A stretch of DNA of 64,000 nucleotides from contig JANRKS010000032.1 in NCBI GenBank assembly GCA_033763315.1, positions 384,001 to 448,000 of the forward strand, read 5' to 3'. Within the stretch, counting starts at the first letter, position 1; every line of letters begins with the position of its first letter. Below the pieces are notes generated by a model. It had not been told where the DNA came from, searched no databases, and saw only the letters and a list, made by a program, of their open reading frames with translations. Of this stretch, positions 40,154 to 49,503 are shown in pieces. A program made the translations under genes and the position numbers. The DNA is from Deltaproteobacteria bacterium. GTDB taxonomy: Bacteria > Myxococcota_A > Polyangia > Fen-1088.

Positions 40154-40486
40154 GTGTTTCGCATCCTCCGCATCGGATTTGTTGTGGCGTGTTTCGGCGC
40201 CTTGTTCTGGTTCGGCACGCAGGTGAAGCTGGGTGAGCTCACGCTTTACGAACACGTGCGGGCCATTGGGCAAAGCAAAGAATCACAAGAGCTGATCGAC
40301 GGCACCAAGGAACGCGTGTCAGGCGTGCTGGGCGGCGACGACGAAAAAACGGTGAAGGCCACCCAGCCGAAGGACGTGGCCAAGCCGGGGCGCCCCCGGG
40401 GCGAGATCGCCGCTGGCAAACCTGCCGACGCCGTGCCTGATTCCGATCGAAAGGCGTTGAAGAAGCTCATCGAGTCGCGACGGTGA
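40154..40486 (+). CDS. Hypothetical small membrane-anchored protein
   Basis: N-terminal TM, VKLGELTLYEHVRAIG; GTGA overlap with the protease gene. Confidence 0.7.
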   Translation: MFRILRIGFVVACFGALFWFGTQVKLGELTLYEHVRAIGQSKESQELIDGTKERVSGVLGGDDEKTVKATQPKDVAKPGRPRGEIAAGKPADAVPDSDRKALKKLIESRR

Positions 40487-41853
40487 GGTGGCGTGGGGCG
40501 GCCGTGGCCTTCGCGGCCGTTGTCACGCTTGCGCCGCGCTTGCACGCCGAGGCGCCGCCGCTGTGGCGTGAAGGCAAGCCCAACCGCACCAACGTACCAT
40601 TGTCGCAATTGGTTTCACGGGCGCGCGCTGGCGTGGTGCAAGTGCGCGGTCAGCTGGCAGGGCGCGCGGCCTATTCCGCTTCGGGCCGCTTGTCGGTCGG
40701 CACGGGGTTTGTCATCTCGGCCGAAGGCTACGTCATCACCAATGAACACGTGGTGCGTGAAGCCGAGGAGCTGCAGGTACGGCTGGCCGATGGCAGAGAG
40801 CTATCCGCGTGCGTGCAAGGCGTGGACGCCATCACGGACATCGCTTTGCTCAAGGTGCGATCGCCGCGGCCGCTTGCCCCTTTGCCGTTGGGGGATCCCG
40901 CGTCGGTCAAAGAAGGCGACGACGTGTTCGTGATTGGCAACCCGTTCGGTTTTGATCACAGCGTCACCGCCGGCATTCTTTCCGCCAAGGATCGCATTGT
41001 TGAACGGCAAGCCACCGCGGAAGCCGTCACCACAGCCCCGTATGCGTTTTATCTGCAAACCGACGCCGCCATCAACATGGGCAATTCCGGTGGGCCGTTG
41101 TTGTCATCACAGGGCTTTGTTGTTGGTGTGGCCTCGGCGTTTTGGGGCGGCGCTCAACCCGCGCAGGGCATTGGTTTTGCCATCCCGATCGATGTTGTGA
41201 AGCAGTTGTTGCCATCGCTCGCGTCCACCGGCCGCGTCATACGCTCGTGGATGGGTGTGGATGTGCAATCGGTGGATCCGGCGCTGGCGGATGCTTTCGG
41301 ACTGCCGAGCACGCAGGGCGCCCTCTTGGCTGCGGTCGCGAAACAGGGTCCGGCCGCGGTGGCGGGGCTCAAGGCGGGCGATGTGATGGTGGCGTGGGGC
41401 AAGCACGCTTTGGCCGGGGTTGAGGATTTTAAGATCTACGCGCAGCTGACGCCCGCGGGGCAAAAGGTGGACGTGCGCGTGTTGCGACAGGGAGTTGTCG
41501 TCAAGGTTCCGATCGTCACAGGCTCGGCGCCTTCCACACCCGCATTCGTGCCGCACCCCGCTGCCTGCGCCAGCAAATTGATGGGTGGGTTGCCGGCGTT
41601 GGGGCTCGACTACAAAAGCGCCGAAGGTGGCGGCGTTGTGGTTCGCAAGGTGAGCGCGGGCGCCGCGCGCTTGGCAGGCCTGCTGCCCGGCGATGTGATC
41701 ACGCAAGTCAACGACGTGATTCTCAAAGACGCGGCTGACTTCACGCGCGCCCTCGTGGCCTCAAACAAACCCCACCCCATTTTGATCCACCGCGAAGACT
41801 CGTTCTTTTGGGTTTCGCTGCCGGCCCACCTGCCCCCCGCCCCGGCGCCGTAA
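40483..41853 (+). CDS. HtrA/DegP-family serine protease with two PDZ domains
   Basis: TNEHV, TDIALL, QTDAAINMGNSGGPL; two GLxxGD PDZ motifs. Confidence 0.93.
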   Translation: MRWRGAAVAFAAVVTLAPRLHAEAPPLWREGKPNRTNVPLSQLVSRARAGVVQVRGQLAGRAAYSASGRLSVGTGFVISAEGYVITNEHVVREAEELQVRLADGRELSACVQGVDAITDIALLKVRSPRPLAPLPLGDPASVKEGDDVFVIGNPFGFDHSVTAGILSAKDRIVERQATAEAVTTAPYAFYLQTDAAINMGNSGGPLLSSQGFVVGVASAFWGGAQPAQGIGFAIPIDVVKQLLPSLASTGRVIRSWMGVDVQSVDPALADAFGLPSTQGALLAAVAKQGPAAVAGLKAGDVMVAWGKHALAGVEDFKIYAQLTPAGQKVDVRVLRQGVVVKVPIVTGSAPSTPAFVPHPAACASKLMGGLPALGLDYKSAEGGGVVVRKVSAGAARLAGLLPGDVITQVNDVILKDAADFTRALVASNKPHPILIHREDSFFWVSLPAHLPPAPAP

Positions 41854-41879
41854 TCGCCAAGGGTGCTATACCGGCACGT

Positions 41880-42215
41880 ATGAGCACGATGGAAGAAAAG
41901 CGGTACCGCCAGCTGGTCGACGATGCGTTCGCCCGGATCGACGCCGCCTTTGAAGAGGCTGATCCGGATCTCGCCGAATCATCGCTGTCGCAAGGCACGC
42001 TCACCATCACGTTCAAAAACCGCCACCGCTTCATCGTCTCGCCACAGACCCCGGTGCGGCAGATCTGGGTCGCTTACCTCGACCGCGCCTGGCACTTGGA
42101 CTATCAGCCACAAAGCGGAAGCTGGCTGGACGATCGTGGGCAAGGCATCGATCTTTACCGCTTGGTGGAAGACACGACCTTGCAGGCCGCAGGCGTGACC
42201 GTGAAGGTGGCCTAA
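41880..42215 (+). CDS. cyaY: Iron donor protein CyaY (frataxin family)
   Basis: GTLTITF..IVSPQTPVRQIWVA..AWHLDY..W. Confidence 0.85.
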   Translation: MSTMEEKRYRQLVDDAFARIDAAFEEADPDLAESSLSQGTLTITFKNRHRFIVSPQTPVRQIWVAYLDRAWHLDYQPQSGSWLDDRGQGIDLYRLVEDTTLQAAGVTVKVA

Positions 42216-42439
42216 CGAACCGAGACGGCGCCTGCGCGGTAGACCAAGCGACTTACGCGCGGCACCTCTGCCGGCGCCGCGGAAAGCCGGCGAGGGCGGG
42301 GGATCGGGGCAATGGCTCGGGCCATCGGGCGTGGGCCGGGCGCCGGGTCAATGCGCGGCACCGCACGCAAAGCTCCCACGCCCGCCGTTCCCGCAGCTTT
42401 GCAGTCGGGTTTGTTGGGTTGGGCAAACGCGTGCTTCAT
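42212..42439 (-). CDS. Possible small hypothetical protein
   Basis: Short Pro/Arg/Ala-rich ORF in an otherwise empty gap; no motif. Confidence 0.3.
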   Translation of the reverse strand: MKHAFAQPNKPDCKAAGTAGVGALRAVPRIDPAPGPRPMARAIAPIPRPRRLSAAPAEVPRVSRLVYRAGAVSVR

Positions 42440-42580
42440 GACAAGCATCGTTGAAGCCCTTGTATCTACGGTCAAATTTTCGAACACGAAAACTTGCGTT
42501 GGCCCGCAATCACTGGGGCACACGCTTGCTCGGGCCGGCCAAATTAGCGGTCGCAGCCACTTCGGCCTTATAATGAAGCC

Positions 42581-43774
42581 GTGTCAGGCATGCTCTACGA
42601 TGTGTTCGTGGTCGGGGCGAAAGACCCTTCACCTGTGGCCCAGATGCATTTGGCCGCGGCCCTGGCCAAACATTTCCAGGCGCCCGTGGCAGACGTGTCG
42701 CAGGCCATCACCAGCCGCAACTTGCGCGCTGGCAAGTCGCTCGACGAAGCGCAGGCCCGCATCTTGTCCCAGCAACTCGCCGGCATGGGCGCCGAGACCG
42801 AATTGCGGCCCAGCATGGCGGCGGGGCGCGCGCGGCAGCCCACCATGTCGGGCGGCAAGCCGGGCACCGGTGAAGGCACGGTGCCAACACTATCGACCCT
42901 CACCACCACGCCAGGCACCGACGTTGTGGGGCGGGATCCATTCGCCGGCCACACGGCTGTGCCGCACGCGTTGCCCACGGTGGCCACCGGCCCTCATCAC
43001 AGCGGGCCGCACACCTTGGGCGGTCACATGACGGGTGTGGCCACGGGCGGCCCTCTTCCTTCGGTCCGCCCTGGCGGAAATCAGGCCACCCGCGCGGGCA
43101 CGCAGGCTGCGCCCGCCACGCGGGGGGCAGGAGGCGCACGCGACGCTTTTGGCGCGCCAGAAGAGAATCTGCCGCGCCTGGAATTGGCTCGCCCCACCAG
43201 CACAACGCGCGCCGTGACCGAGACATCCGAGGTGTTGCCCAAGGCACGCACGTCGTTGCCCGGCACCTCAGGGATGGATCACATGCGCCTCGGCGCCGCC
43301 GATAGCGGCGTGTCGGGCGTGCAATCCGAAGGTGATCAAGCCAAATCGCACATGCAGCGCTGTGCGAAGCACGGCCTCTATTACGACCAGCGCACGTCTT
43401 CTGGGTGTCGCAAGTGCCTTGAGCCGGCCAAGCAGCTCGCGCGCAAGATTGAACGCAACGCTTTGGGCTTTAAACTCATGGCTTTGCGCGATGACCCCGC
43501 CAAACGCGCCTCGTGGGGTTTGGGTTTGGCCTTGGCCTTGGGGTTCATCCCCGCGGCCTGGCACGCGCTCACCTTCGGGCGCCCCGAAATTTCCGCTCTG
43601 CGCGCGGAGCAGGCCGTGCTGTCGCAAAAAGTCGGCACCGAGGAAACGATTCGCCAATACCACGAGCTTGATAAACGCGTGCATGAGTCGCATTCCAAGC
43701 ACCGTCGCAACACCGGCTTGCTTTGGGTGGTGGTTGCGGGCGGCGCTTTAGCAGGGTGGTACCGGCTGACGTGA
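42581..43774 (+). CDS. Hypothetical membrane protein with low-complexity linker and CxxH..CxxC motif
   Basis: GTG 6 nt after TATAAT; CAKHG..CRKC; two C-terminal TM helices. Confidence 0.7.
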   Translation: MSGMLYDVFVVGAKDPSPVAQMHLAAALAKHFQAPVADVSQAITSRNLRAGKSLDEAQARILSQQLAGMGAETELRPSMAAGRARQPTMSGGKPGTGEGTVPTLSTLTTTPGTDVVGRDPFAGHTAVPHALPTVATGPHHSGPHTLGGHMTGVATGGPLPSVRPGGNQATRAGTQAAPATRGAGGARDAFGAPEENLPRLELARPTSTTRAVTETSEVLPKARTSLPGTSGMDHMRLGAADSGVSGVQSEGDQAKSHMQRCAKHGLYYDQRTSSGCRKCLEPAKQLARKIERNALGFKLMALRDDPAKRASWGLGLALALGFIPAAWHALTFGRPEISALRAEQAVLSQKVGTEETIRQYHELDKRVHESHSKHRRNTGLLWVVVAGGALAGWYRLT

Positions 43775-43790
43775 TAGGCTTACATGCCTC

Positions 43791-44225
43791 ATGAGTGATT
43801 CTGGTTCGAGCTTCGGCGGTCGCAAGCGATCGATGCGCGATGTGGGCGGCACCTCGGGTGGCCTCGGTGAATTCTTCATAGGCGCGGCGATGGCCGCGGT
43901 GGGCGGTTATCTGTTGACGAACCAGGTGGAAGTGCACACCTCGTTCTGGCGCTTCGGCGGCTATGGCTTCGGTCCCACCCTCATCCCGCTGCTCATTGGT
44001 GTGTTCGCCCTGTTTTTCAACGCCAAATCAAAGCTTGGGTGGGTGCTCACCGTGGGTGGCGGCTTGTTCATTTTCGCCAACATCTTGATGAACATGGACA
44101 TCCTGTTTCGCCCCACAAGCTTGTTCAACACGCTGCTGATGTTGGGCCTCTTGGCAGGCGGCTTGGGGCTGGTATTCAAGAGCCTGCGCCCCCACCGGGC
44201 GGCCGCTTCAAGCGGCGATGAATGA
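43791..44225 (+). CDS. Hypothetical 4-TM membrane protein
   Basis: GGTSGGLGEFFIG followed by four hydrophobic segments. Confidence 0.8.
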   Translation: MSDSGSSFGGRKRSMRDVGGTSGGLGEFFIGAAMAAVGGYLLTNQVEVHTSFWRFGGYGFGPTLIPLLIGVFALFFNAKSKLGWVLTVGGGLFIFANILMNMDILFRPTSLFNTLLMLGLLAGGLGLVFKSLRPHRAAASSGDE

Positions 44226-44267
44226 ATATCAGGCATTTTGCCTACATGTGGGTTAAGATCAAAGGCT

Positions 44268-45326
44268 GTGAGAATTGGACGTTATCTAGCCCTCGAGCTC
44301 GCCGTGTTGGCTTTGGCCGTCACGGGGTTGTCGCTCGGCATGGGCAAGTTCGCGTCCGCTTTGGCCGCGCGTTCCACCCGCGCCTACGATCGTCCCGCGC
44401 CGTGGTTGGTTCCGCGCCAAGAGCTTGATTTGCACCCGCGGCCGCTGGCACGTGAAGCGGCCGGCACCTTCTTAGGAATGGCCGACGAGCTTTTGCTTGA
44501 GCGCATCCGCAAGCAACCTGTGGTGCGCGTCAAGGTCAACAAAGGCGGCTCGTCGCTGTCGTTTCGTCTCGATTTTGCCGATGGGTCGCGGGCGGCGTTC
44601 AAACCCGCGCAGACCAATTTGCAAACCATTCCGCGCAAAGAAGTGGCGGCTTACCGCTTAAATCGCCTTTTGGGCCTCAACGCTGTGCCGCCGGCCGCGC
44701 CGCGCTCGCTGTCCCGTGAAGAACTGCTTTCGCATTTGCATCCAGACAGCGCGCCGTCCATTCCGCGCATCGAAGCTGAAACGATCTTCGCCGCCGCGGG
44801 CACGACCCAGGGGGCCGTGTCCTACTGGATTCCGGTAATCAAAGATTCTTTGCTCGATAGCCCGCAGGCTGTGGCGCAAAGCGAGCAATGGCTGACGGTG
44901 GGCCAAGAGATTCCGCGCGAAAAGCACACTTTGATGGGGCAAGTCTCGGATCTTGTGGTGTTCGACTTTCTCACGTCGAATCCCGACCGCTATTCGGGCG
45001 GCAACATGCAGATGTCGGCCGATGGCCAGAAGCTGTTTTTCATGGACAACACGATGGCGTTTTTCGTGAACGACGAGGCGCGTGAGATCAACCGCAAGGC
45101 GTTGCTGCGCACGCAGAAGTTTTCGCGTCATTTGTGGCAGGCGCTGCCGCGGCTCACGGAGTCCGCGTTTCGCGCGGCCATCTTGGAAGAGCCTGGCATC
45201 ACAGTGTCCGCCGTGCTCACGGAAGCTGAGCTGCGGGCCGTGGTGGCACGCGCCCGTTTCGCCCGGAACTACATCCACACGCTGATCGAACAGTTTGGCG
45301 AAGACCAGGTTTTGGCCTTCCCCTAG
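44268..45326 (+). CDS. Fam20C/Four-jointed-like atypical kinase with N-terminal signal anchor
   Basis: AAFKP, KEVAAYRLNRLLGLNAVPP, FDFLTSNPDR, FMDN. Confidence 0.7.
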   Translation: MRIGRYLALELAVLALAVTGLSLGMGKFASALAARSTRAYDRPAPWLVPRQELDLHPRPLAREAAGTFLGMADELLLERIRKQPVVRVKVNKGGSSLSFRLDFADGSRAAFKPAQTNLQTIPRKEVAAYRLNRLLGLNAVPPAAPRSLSREELLSHLHPDSAPSIPRIEAETIFAAAGTTQGAVSYWIPVIKDSLLDSPQAVAQSEQWLTVGQEIPREKHTLMGQVSDLVVFDFLTSNPDRYSGGNMQMSADGQKLFFMDNTMAFFVNDEAREINRKALLRTQKFSRHLWQALPRLTESAFRAAILEEPGITVSAVLTEAELRAVVARARFARNYIHTLIEQFGEDQVLAFP

Positions 45327-45410
45327 CAAGTCGAGTGTCACGCAGGGGCGGGGGGCGCCCCGGGACTTTCCTTGTTTGCCGCGGGCACCCTGCTACCTTT
45401 GGGCGCTGGC

Positions 45411-46829
45411 ATGCCCTCCCCATCGTCCGGAAATATCGCTTCCCCCGCTTCGCGTGTTGCCAGAGGCGATCGCAAGACCGTGCACTTCGTGTCGTTGGGT
45501 TGCCCCAAAAACCGCGTCGACACCGAAGTGATGTTGGGGCACACGAGCGACGCCGGTTACGAGCTCGTCACCACGCCTGAAACGGCGGACGTCATCGTGA
45601 TCAACACGTGCGGCTTCATTGGCGAGGCCAAGCAAGAATCAGTCGACGCCATCCTTGAGATGGCAAAATACAAGGAAGCAGGCAGCTGCCAACGCTTGGT
45701 TGTCACGGGCTGTCTGTCGCAGCGGTATCCCAAAGAGTTGGCCGACGAAATGCCCGAAGTGGATCACTTCTTGGGCACCGATGAAGTGGATCAAATCACA
45801 ACGGCGATCTCGGCCAGCGAGCGCCGTGTGCAGGTGGTTGAAAAGCCCCGTTTCTTGTACGACGATTTGGCGCCACGGCGTCCATCAATGGCCACGCACA
45901 CGGCCTACGTGAAGATCGCCGAAGGCTGTGATCGCCCGTGCGCGTTTTGCATCATTCCACAGCTGCGTGGCCCGCAACGCAGCCGCGCCCCTGAGTCTGT
46001 GTTGCGCGAGGTGCAAGCCTTGGCGGCCGCGGGCACCAAAGAGATCTGCTTGGTGGCACAAGATCTCACCACGTATGGGCGCGATCTGCCGAATGGCAAG
46101 GATGAAGACGGCCCGCGTTTGGCCACGTTGCTTAAGTCTTTGGCGCAGGTGCAAGGCATTCGTTGGATTCGCTTGCACTACGCGTATCCCACGGCCGTCA
46201 CGGATGAGTTGTTGGATGTGATGGCGAGTGAACCACGCGTCGCCAAGTACCTCGACGTGCCTTTGCAACACGTGGACGACGGCGTCCTCAAGTCGATGCG
46301 GCGTGGCCACACATCGAAGGCCGTTTACGATTTGGTTGAACGCGCGCGCCGCAAGGTGCCGGGCCTGACCTTGCGGACCACCTTTATCGTGGGTCATCCC
46401 GGTGAAACGGATGAAGCGTTCGAGAAGCTGCGCGCCTTTGTGGCGGGAGCGGATCTCGATCGGGTAGGTGTATTCCCGTATTCCAAAGAAGACGGCACCG
46501 TGTCGGCGTTGCTGCCGTTGCGCGTTCTAAAAAAGGACTCCGATTCTCGGCGCCGCGCGCTCATGCGCCTGCAGCGCGACATCTCCAAAAAGAAGATGGC
46601 GGCGTTCAAAGGCAAAGAGATCGAAGTGCTGGTGGAAGGGCCGTCCGAGGAATCGGAATACGTCCTTAAAGGTCGCCACGAAGGCCAAGCCCCGGAGATT
46701 GACGGGCAGGTGTTCTTGACGCTAGACGAATACCAGCCGCGTCAAGGTGAGCTCGTGCGTGCCATTGTCACGGGCAGCGCTGAATACGATTTGGCGGCCA
46801 CGGTTCTTGGGCCCGCTCACGTGTCATAA
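45411..46829 (+). CDS. rimO: Ribosomal protein S12 methylthiotransferase RimO
   Basis: SLGCPKNRVD, NTCGFI, GCDRPCAFC radical SAM motif, APEIDG TRAM domain. Confidence 0.95.
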   Translation: MPSPSSGNIASPASRVARGDRKTVHFVSLGCPKNRVDTEVMLGHTSDAGYELVTTPETADVIVINTCGFIGEAKQESVDAILEMAKYKEAGSCQRLVVTGCLSQRYPKELADEMPEVDHFLGTDEVDQITTAISASERRVQVVEKPRFLYDDLAPRRPSMATHTAYVKIAEGCDRPCAFCIIPQLRGPQRSRAPESVLREVQALAAAGTKEICLVAQDLTTYGRDLPNGKDEDGPRLATLLKSLAQVQGIRWIRLHYAYPTAVTDELLDVMASEPRVAKYLDVPLQHVDDGVLKSMRRGHTSKAVYDLVERARRKVPGLTLRTTFIVGHPGETDEAFEKLRAFVAGADLDRVGVFPYSKEDGTVSALLPLRVLKKDSDSRRRALMRLQRDISKKKMAAFKGKEIEVLVEGPSEESEYVLKGRHEGQAPEIDGQVFLTLDEYQPRQGELVRAIVTGSAEYDLAATVLGPAHVS

Positions 46830-46971
46830 AGCCGCCAAAGCGCCACATCGCTGACGCTTCTCGCTGGCTTACCTTGGCACCGGGCCATTTTTACCCGGCT
46901 GGTCCACCTCCTAGCCCACGCAAGGTTCAACCGGTGCGCCGTTCTGCCGATGGGTTCTTCGGAAACCCATA

Positions 46972-48525
46972 GTGGCCACCAATTCTTTTCCACCCAACGA
47001 CGATGACGCCGAGCGCGCGCTCGAGCCTGGCACGCGGCTCGGTCGCTATCAGCTCGTGCGGTTATTGGGCCACGGCGGTATGGGCGCGGTGTATGAAGCG
47101 ATCCACGTTGATCTGAAAAAGCGCGTGGCGCTCAAAACGCTGTTGCGTAAGCACGCGTCCAACAAAGACTCGCGCGCGCGGTTCTTGCGCGAAGGCGAGG
47201 CAGCGTCCCGCATACGCCATCCGAACGTGGTGGACGTCACCGACGTGGGATTGGATAAGGGCATTCCATTCTTGGTGATGGAATACCTCACCGGCCAAAG
47301 CTTGCACGATCTGTTGACCAAGCGTGGTTCGTTGCCTCTGGTTGAAGCCGTGTCGCTGATGCTGCCTGTGCTTTCAGCGGTCGCAGAAGGGCACCGTCGG
47401 GGCGTCTTTCACCGTGATCTCAAACCCCACAACATTTTCGTCGGGCAAACGCGCGCCGGCGAGGTGCTGCCGAAGGTGCTCGATTTTGGCATCTCGAAAC
47501 TCAAAGACGAAGGCAAACCGAACACGTTTACGGAAGCCAATTCGTTCTTAGGCACCGTGACCTATATGTCGCCCGAACAAGCGCGCGCCGCGCGTTCGGT
47601 GGACGGCCGCAGCGATGAGTATTCGCTGGCGGTGGTGCTGTATCAATGCGTGACCGGGCGAACGCCGCACGTGGGTGAAAATACGATCGAACTTATCTAC
47701 AAGATCGCTTCTGGCGAGTTCGATCCACCGCGCAAGCACCGGCCCGATCTGCCGCAAGAGTTTGAATCCGTCTTGATGCGCGCGTTGTGTACGAGTCCCG
47801 ACGCGCGCTATGAGTCCGTGCGCCTGTTTGCGTCGGCCCTCTTGCCGTTCGCTTCACAAGAAGCGCGTGCGTTGTGGGAGCGCGAGTTCACCGAACGTGA
47901 GCGGCCTTTGACGCCTGCGCCGCCGGCCCCCGATTCCACCTTGGCCGCGCTGGCGACTTTGACCACTCTCAACGGCGCCACCACGCTCAGTGGCAGCGCT
48001 TCAGAAGTGGACGGGCCACCATTGTTTCCGACGGGACGACGTTTTCCGCGGTTGCCCATCGCTTTGGCGGGCGCCGCCATTTTGACCGCGGCGTTGGCGT
48101 TCTTCATTTCCTCGAAGCTATCGTCGCGGACGCCTTCGCGCCCAGAGGTGATCGCGTCGACCGTGAGTCCTCGTCCAACGAACGGTGAAAAGAATGTGCG
48201 CACGTTCTCGATCAAGGCGAGCGCGCCGCACGCGCTTATCGAGCTCGATGGCGTTGCTGTTGGCACGGGTGTGGCCAAACAAGCCGTGCCCGTGTCAGAG
48301 CAGCCGCATCACCTTAAAATTACGGCGCTAGGGTTCCATCCCTACGAGACGATGTTCACTGCCGACGCTTTGCCGCCCGCGTTTGTGGAGCTGGAGCGTG
48401 TGGCTGCCGCCGCGCCCGCCGGGGCCGCGCGAAAAGCGCAATCTGTTGCCAAAGCCACAGGTCCCATCAAGGGCAAATCTGGCAAGCCAAAGCGTGGCAC
48501 AAACAACGCGCTGATCTTGGAATAG
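46972..48525 (+). CDS. Hanks-type Ser/Thr protein kinase with TM and PEGA-like periplasmic domain
   Basis: GHGGMG, VALK, HRDLKPHN, DFG, YMSPEQ; TM then IELDG..ALGFHPY. Confidence 0.95.
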   Translation: MATNSFPPNDDDAERALEPGTRLGRYQLVRLLGHGGMGAVYEAIHVDLKKRVALKTLLRKHASNKDSRARFLREGEAASRIRHPNVVDVTDVGLDKGIPFLVMEYLTGQSLHDLLTKRGSLPLVEAVSLMLPVLSAVAEGHRRGVFHRDLKPHNIFVGQTRAGEVLPKVLDFGISKLKDEGKPNTFTEANSFLGTVTYMSPEQARAARSVDGRSDEYSLAVVLYQCVTGRTPHVGENTIELIYKIASGEFDPPRKHRPDLPQEFESVLMRALCTSPDARYESVRLFASALLPFASQEARALWEREFTERERPLTPAPPAPDSTLAALATLTTLNGATTLSGSASEVDGPPLFPTGRRFPRLPIALAGAAILTAALAFFISSKLSSRTPSRPEVIASTVSPRPTNGEKNVRTFSIKASAPHALIELDGVAVGTGVAKQAVPVSEQPHHLKITALGFHPYETMFTADALPPAFVELERVAAAAPAGAARKAQSVAKATGPIKGKSGKPKRGTNNALILE

Positions 48526-48528
48526 CCG

Positions 48529-49503
48529 ATGCGATCGCGACACCTTATCTTGCTTGCGTGTTTGGCACTGACCTTCATGTGGCGGCCAACGGTCATGGCC
48601 GCCCCTGCCGATGGCAGTGAAGCGCTGATTCGTGAAGGCCTCAGCCTGCGCCGCAATGGCGATGACGAAGGCGCGCTCGAGCGGTTTTCCCGCGCAGCCG
48701 CGATCCACCGTGGTGGCCGCGTGTTGGCGCAAATTGCGTTGGCTGAGCAGGCGCTCGGGCGTTGGGTGGACGCCGAAGCGCATCTGGTCGAATCGCTCGG
48801 CTTGCGCGAGGAAGCGTGGATTGCAAAGAATCGACCCCTGCTCGAAAGCGCGTTGGCCGACATCTCTGGGCATCTTGGCACCTTAGAGCTCATAAGCAGC
48901 GTCGCGGGGGCCAGGGTGAAGGTCAATGGAACTGAACGTGGCACGATGCCTTTGCGCGCGCCTCTGCGTGTTCCCTCAGGCACCGTCACCGTTGAACTTG
49001 AAGCCGACGGATACTTCCCACTCGCGCGGGGCGTGGTGGTGTTGGCGGGGGGCAAGGCGCGCGAGACGTTGAATATGGTGCCGGTCAAAGAGAATCTGCC
49101 CACGGTGGCGTTGCTGCCCCGCCCGCAAACGGTCGAGCCTGCCGCTTCCATGTTGGTGCAACCCGCGGACGCGCCGCCAGCACCCTCAGGGCGTTGGCAA
49201 CGTCGAGCGGCGTGGACGACGGCTGTGGCTGCCGGCGCGCTGTTGGTTTACGGCGGCATCAGCCACTATCAGCGCGAGCACGCCGTCAAGGACGGCACAC
49301 GCGACGGTTGCACGCAAATCAGCACGGATCCGAAATGCGAGAGCTTGCGCGCGGATCTGGACGCATACGAGACGAAGATGGCGATCGGCTATGCAGGCGC
49401 CGCGGCGCTGGCTGCAACCTCGGGCCTCTTGTTCTGGTTGGCGCCTGAGTCGTCTTCCAGCAACAGCGCCAGCGCCACCTTGTTCATGCGAGGTAGCTTC
49501 TAA
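48529..49503 (+). CDS. TPR + PEGA domain exported protein
   Basis: Signal peptide, TPR (LAEQALGRWVDAEAHL), PEGA (GARVKVNG..EADGY), C-terminal hydrophobic hairpin, ends RGSF. Confidence 0.85.
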   Translation: MRSRHLILLACLALTFMWRPTVMAAPADGSEALIREGLSLRRNGDDEGALERFSRAAAIHRGGRVLAQIALAEQALGRWVDAEAHLVESLGLREEAWIAKNRPLLESALADISGHLGTLELISSVAGARVKVNGTERGTMPLRAPLRVPSGTVTVELEADGYFPLARGVVVLAGGKARETLNMVPVKENLPTVALLPRPQTVEPAASMLVQPADAPPAPSGRWQRRAAWTTAVAAGALLVYGGISHYQREHAVKDGTRDGCTQISTDPKCESLRADLDAYETKMAIGYAGAAALAATSGLLFWLAPESSSSNSASATLFMRGSF

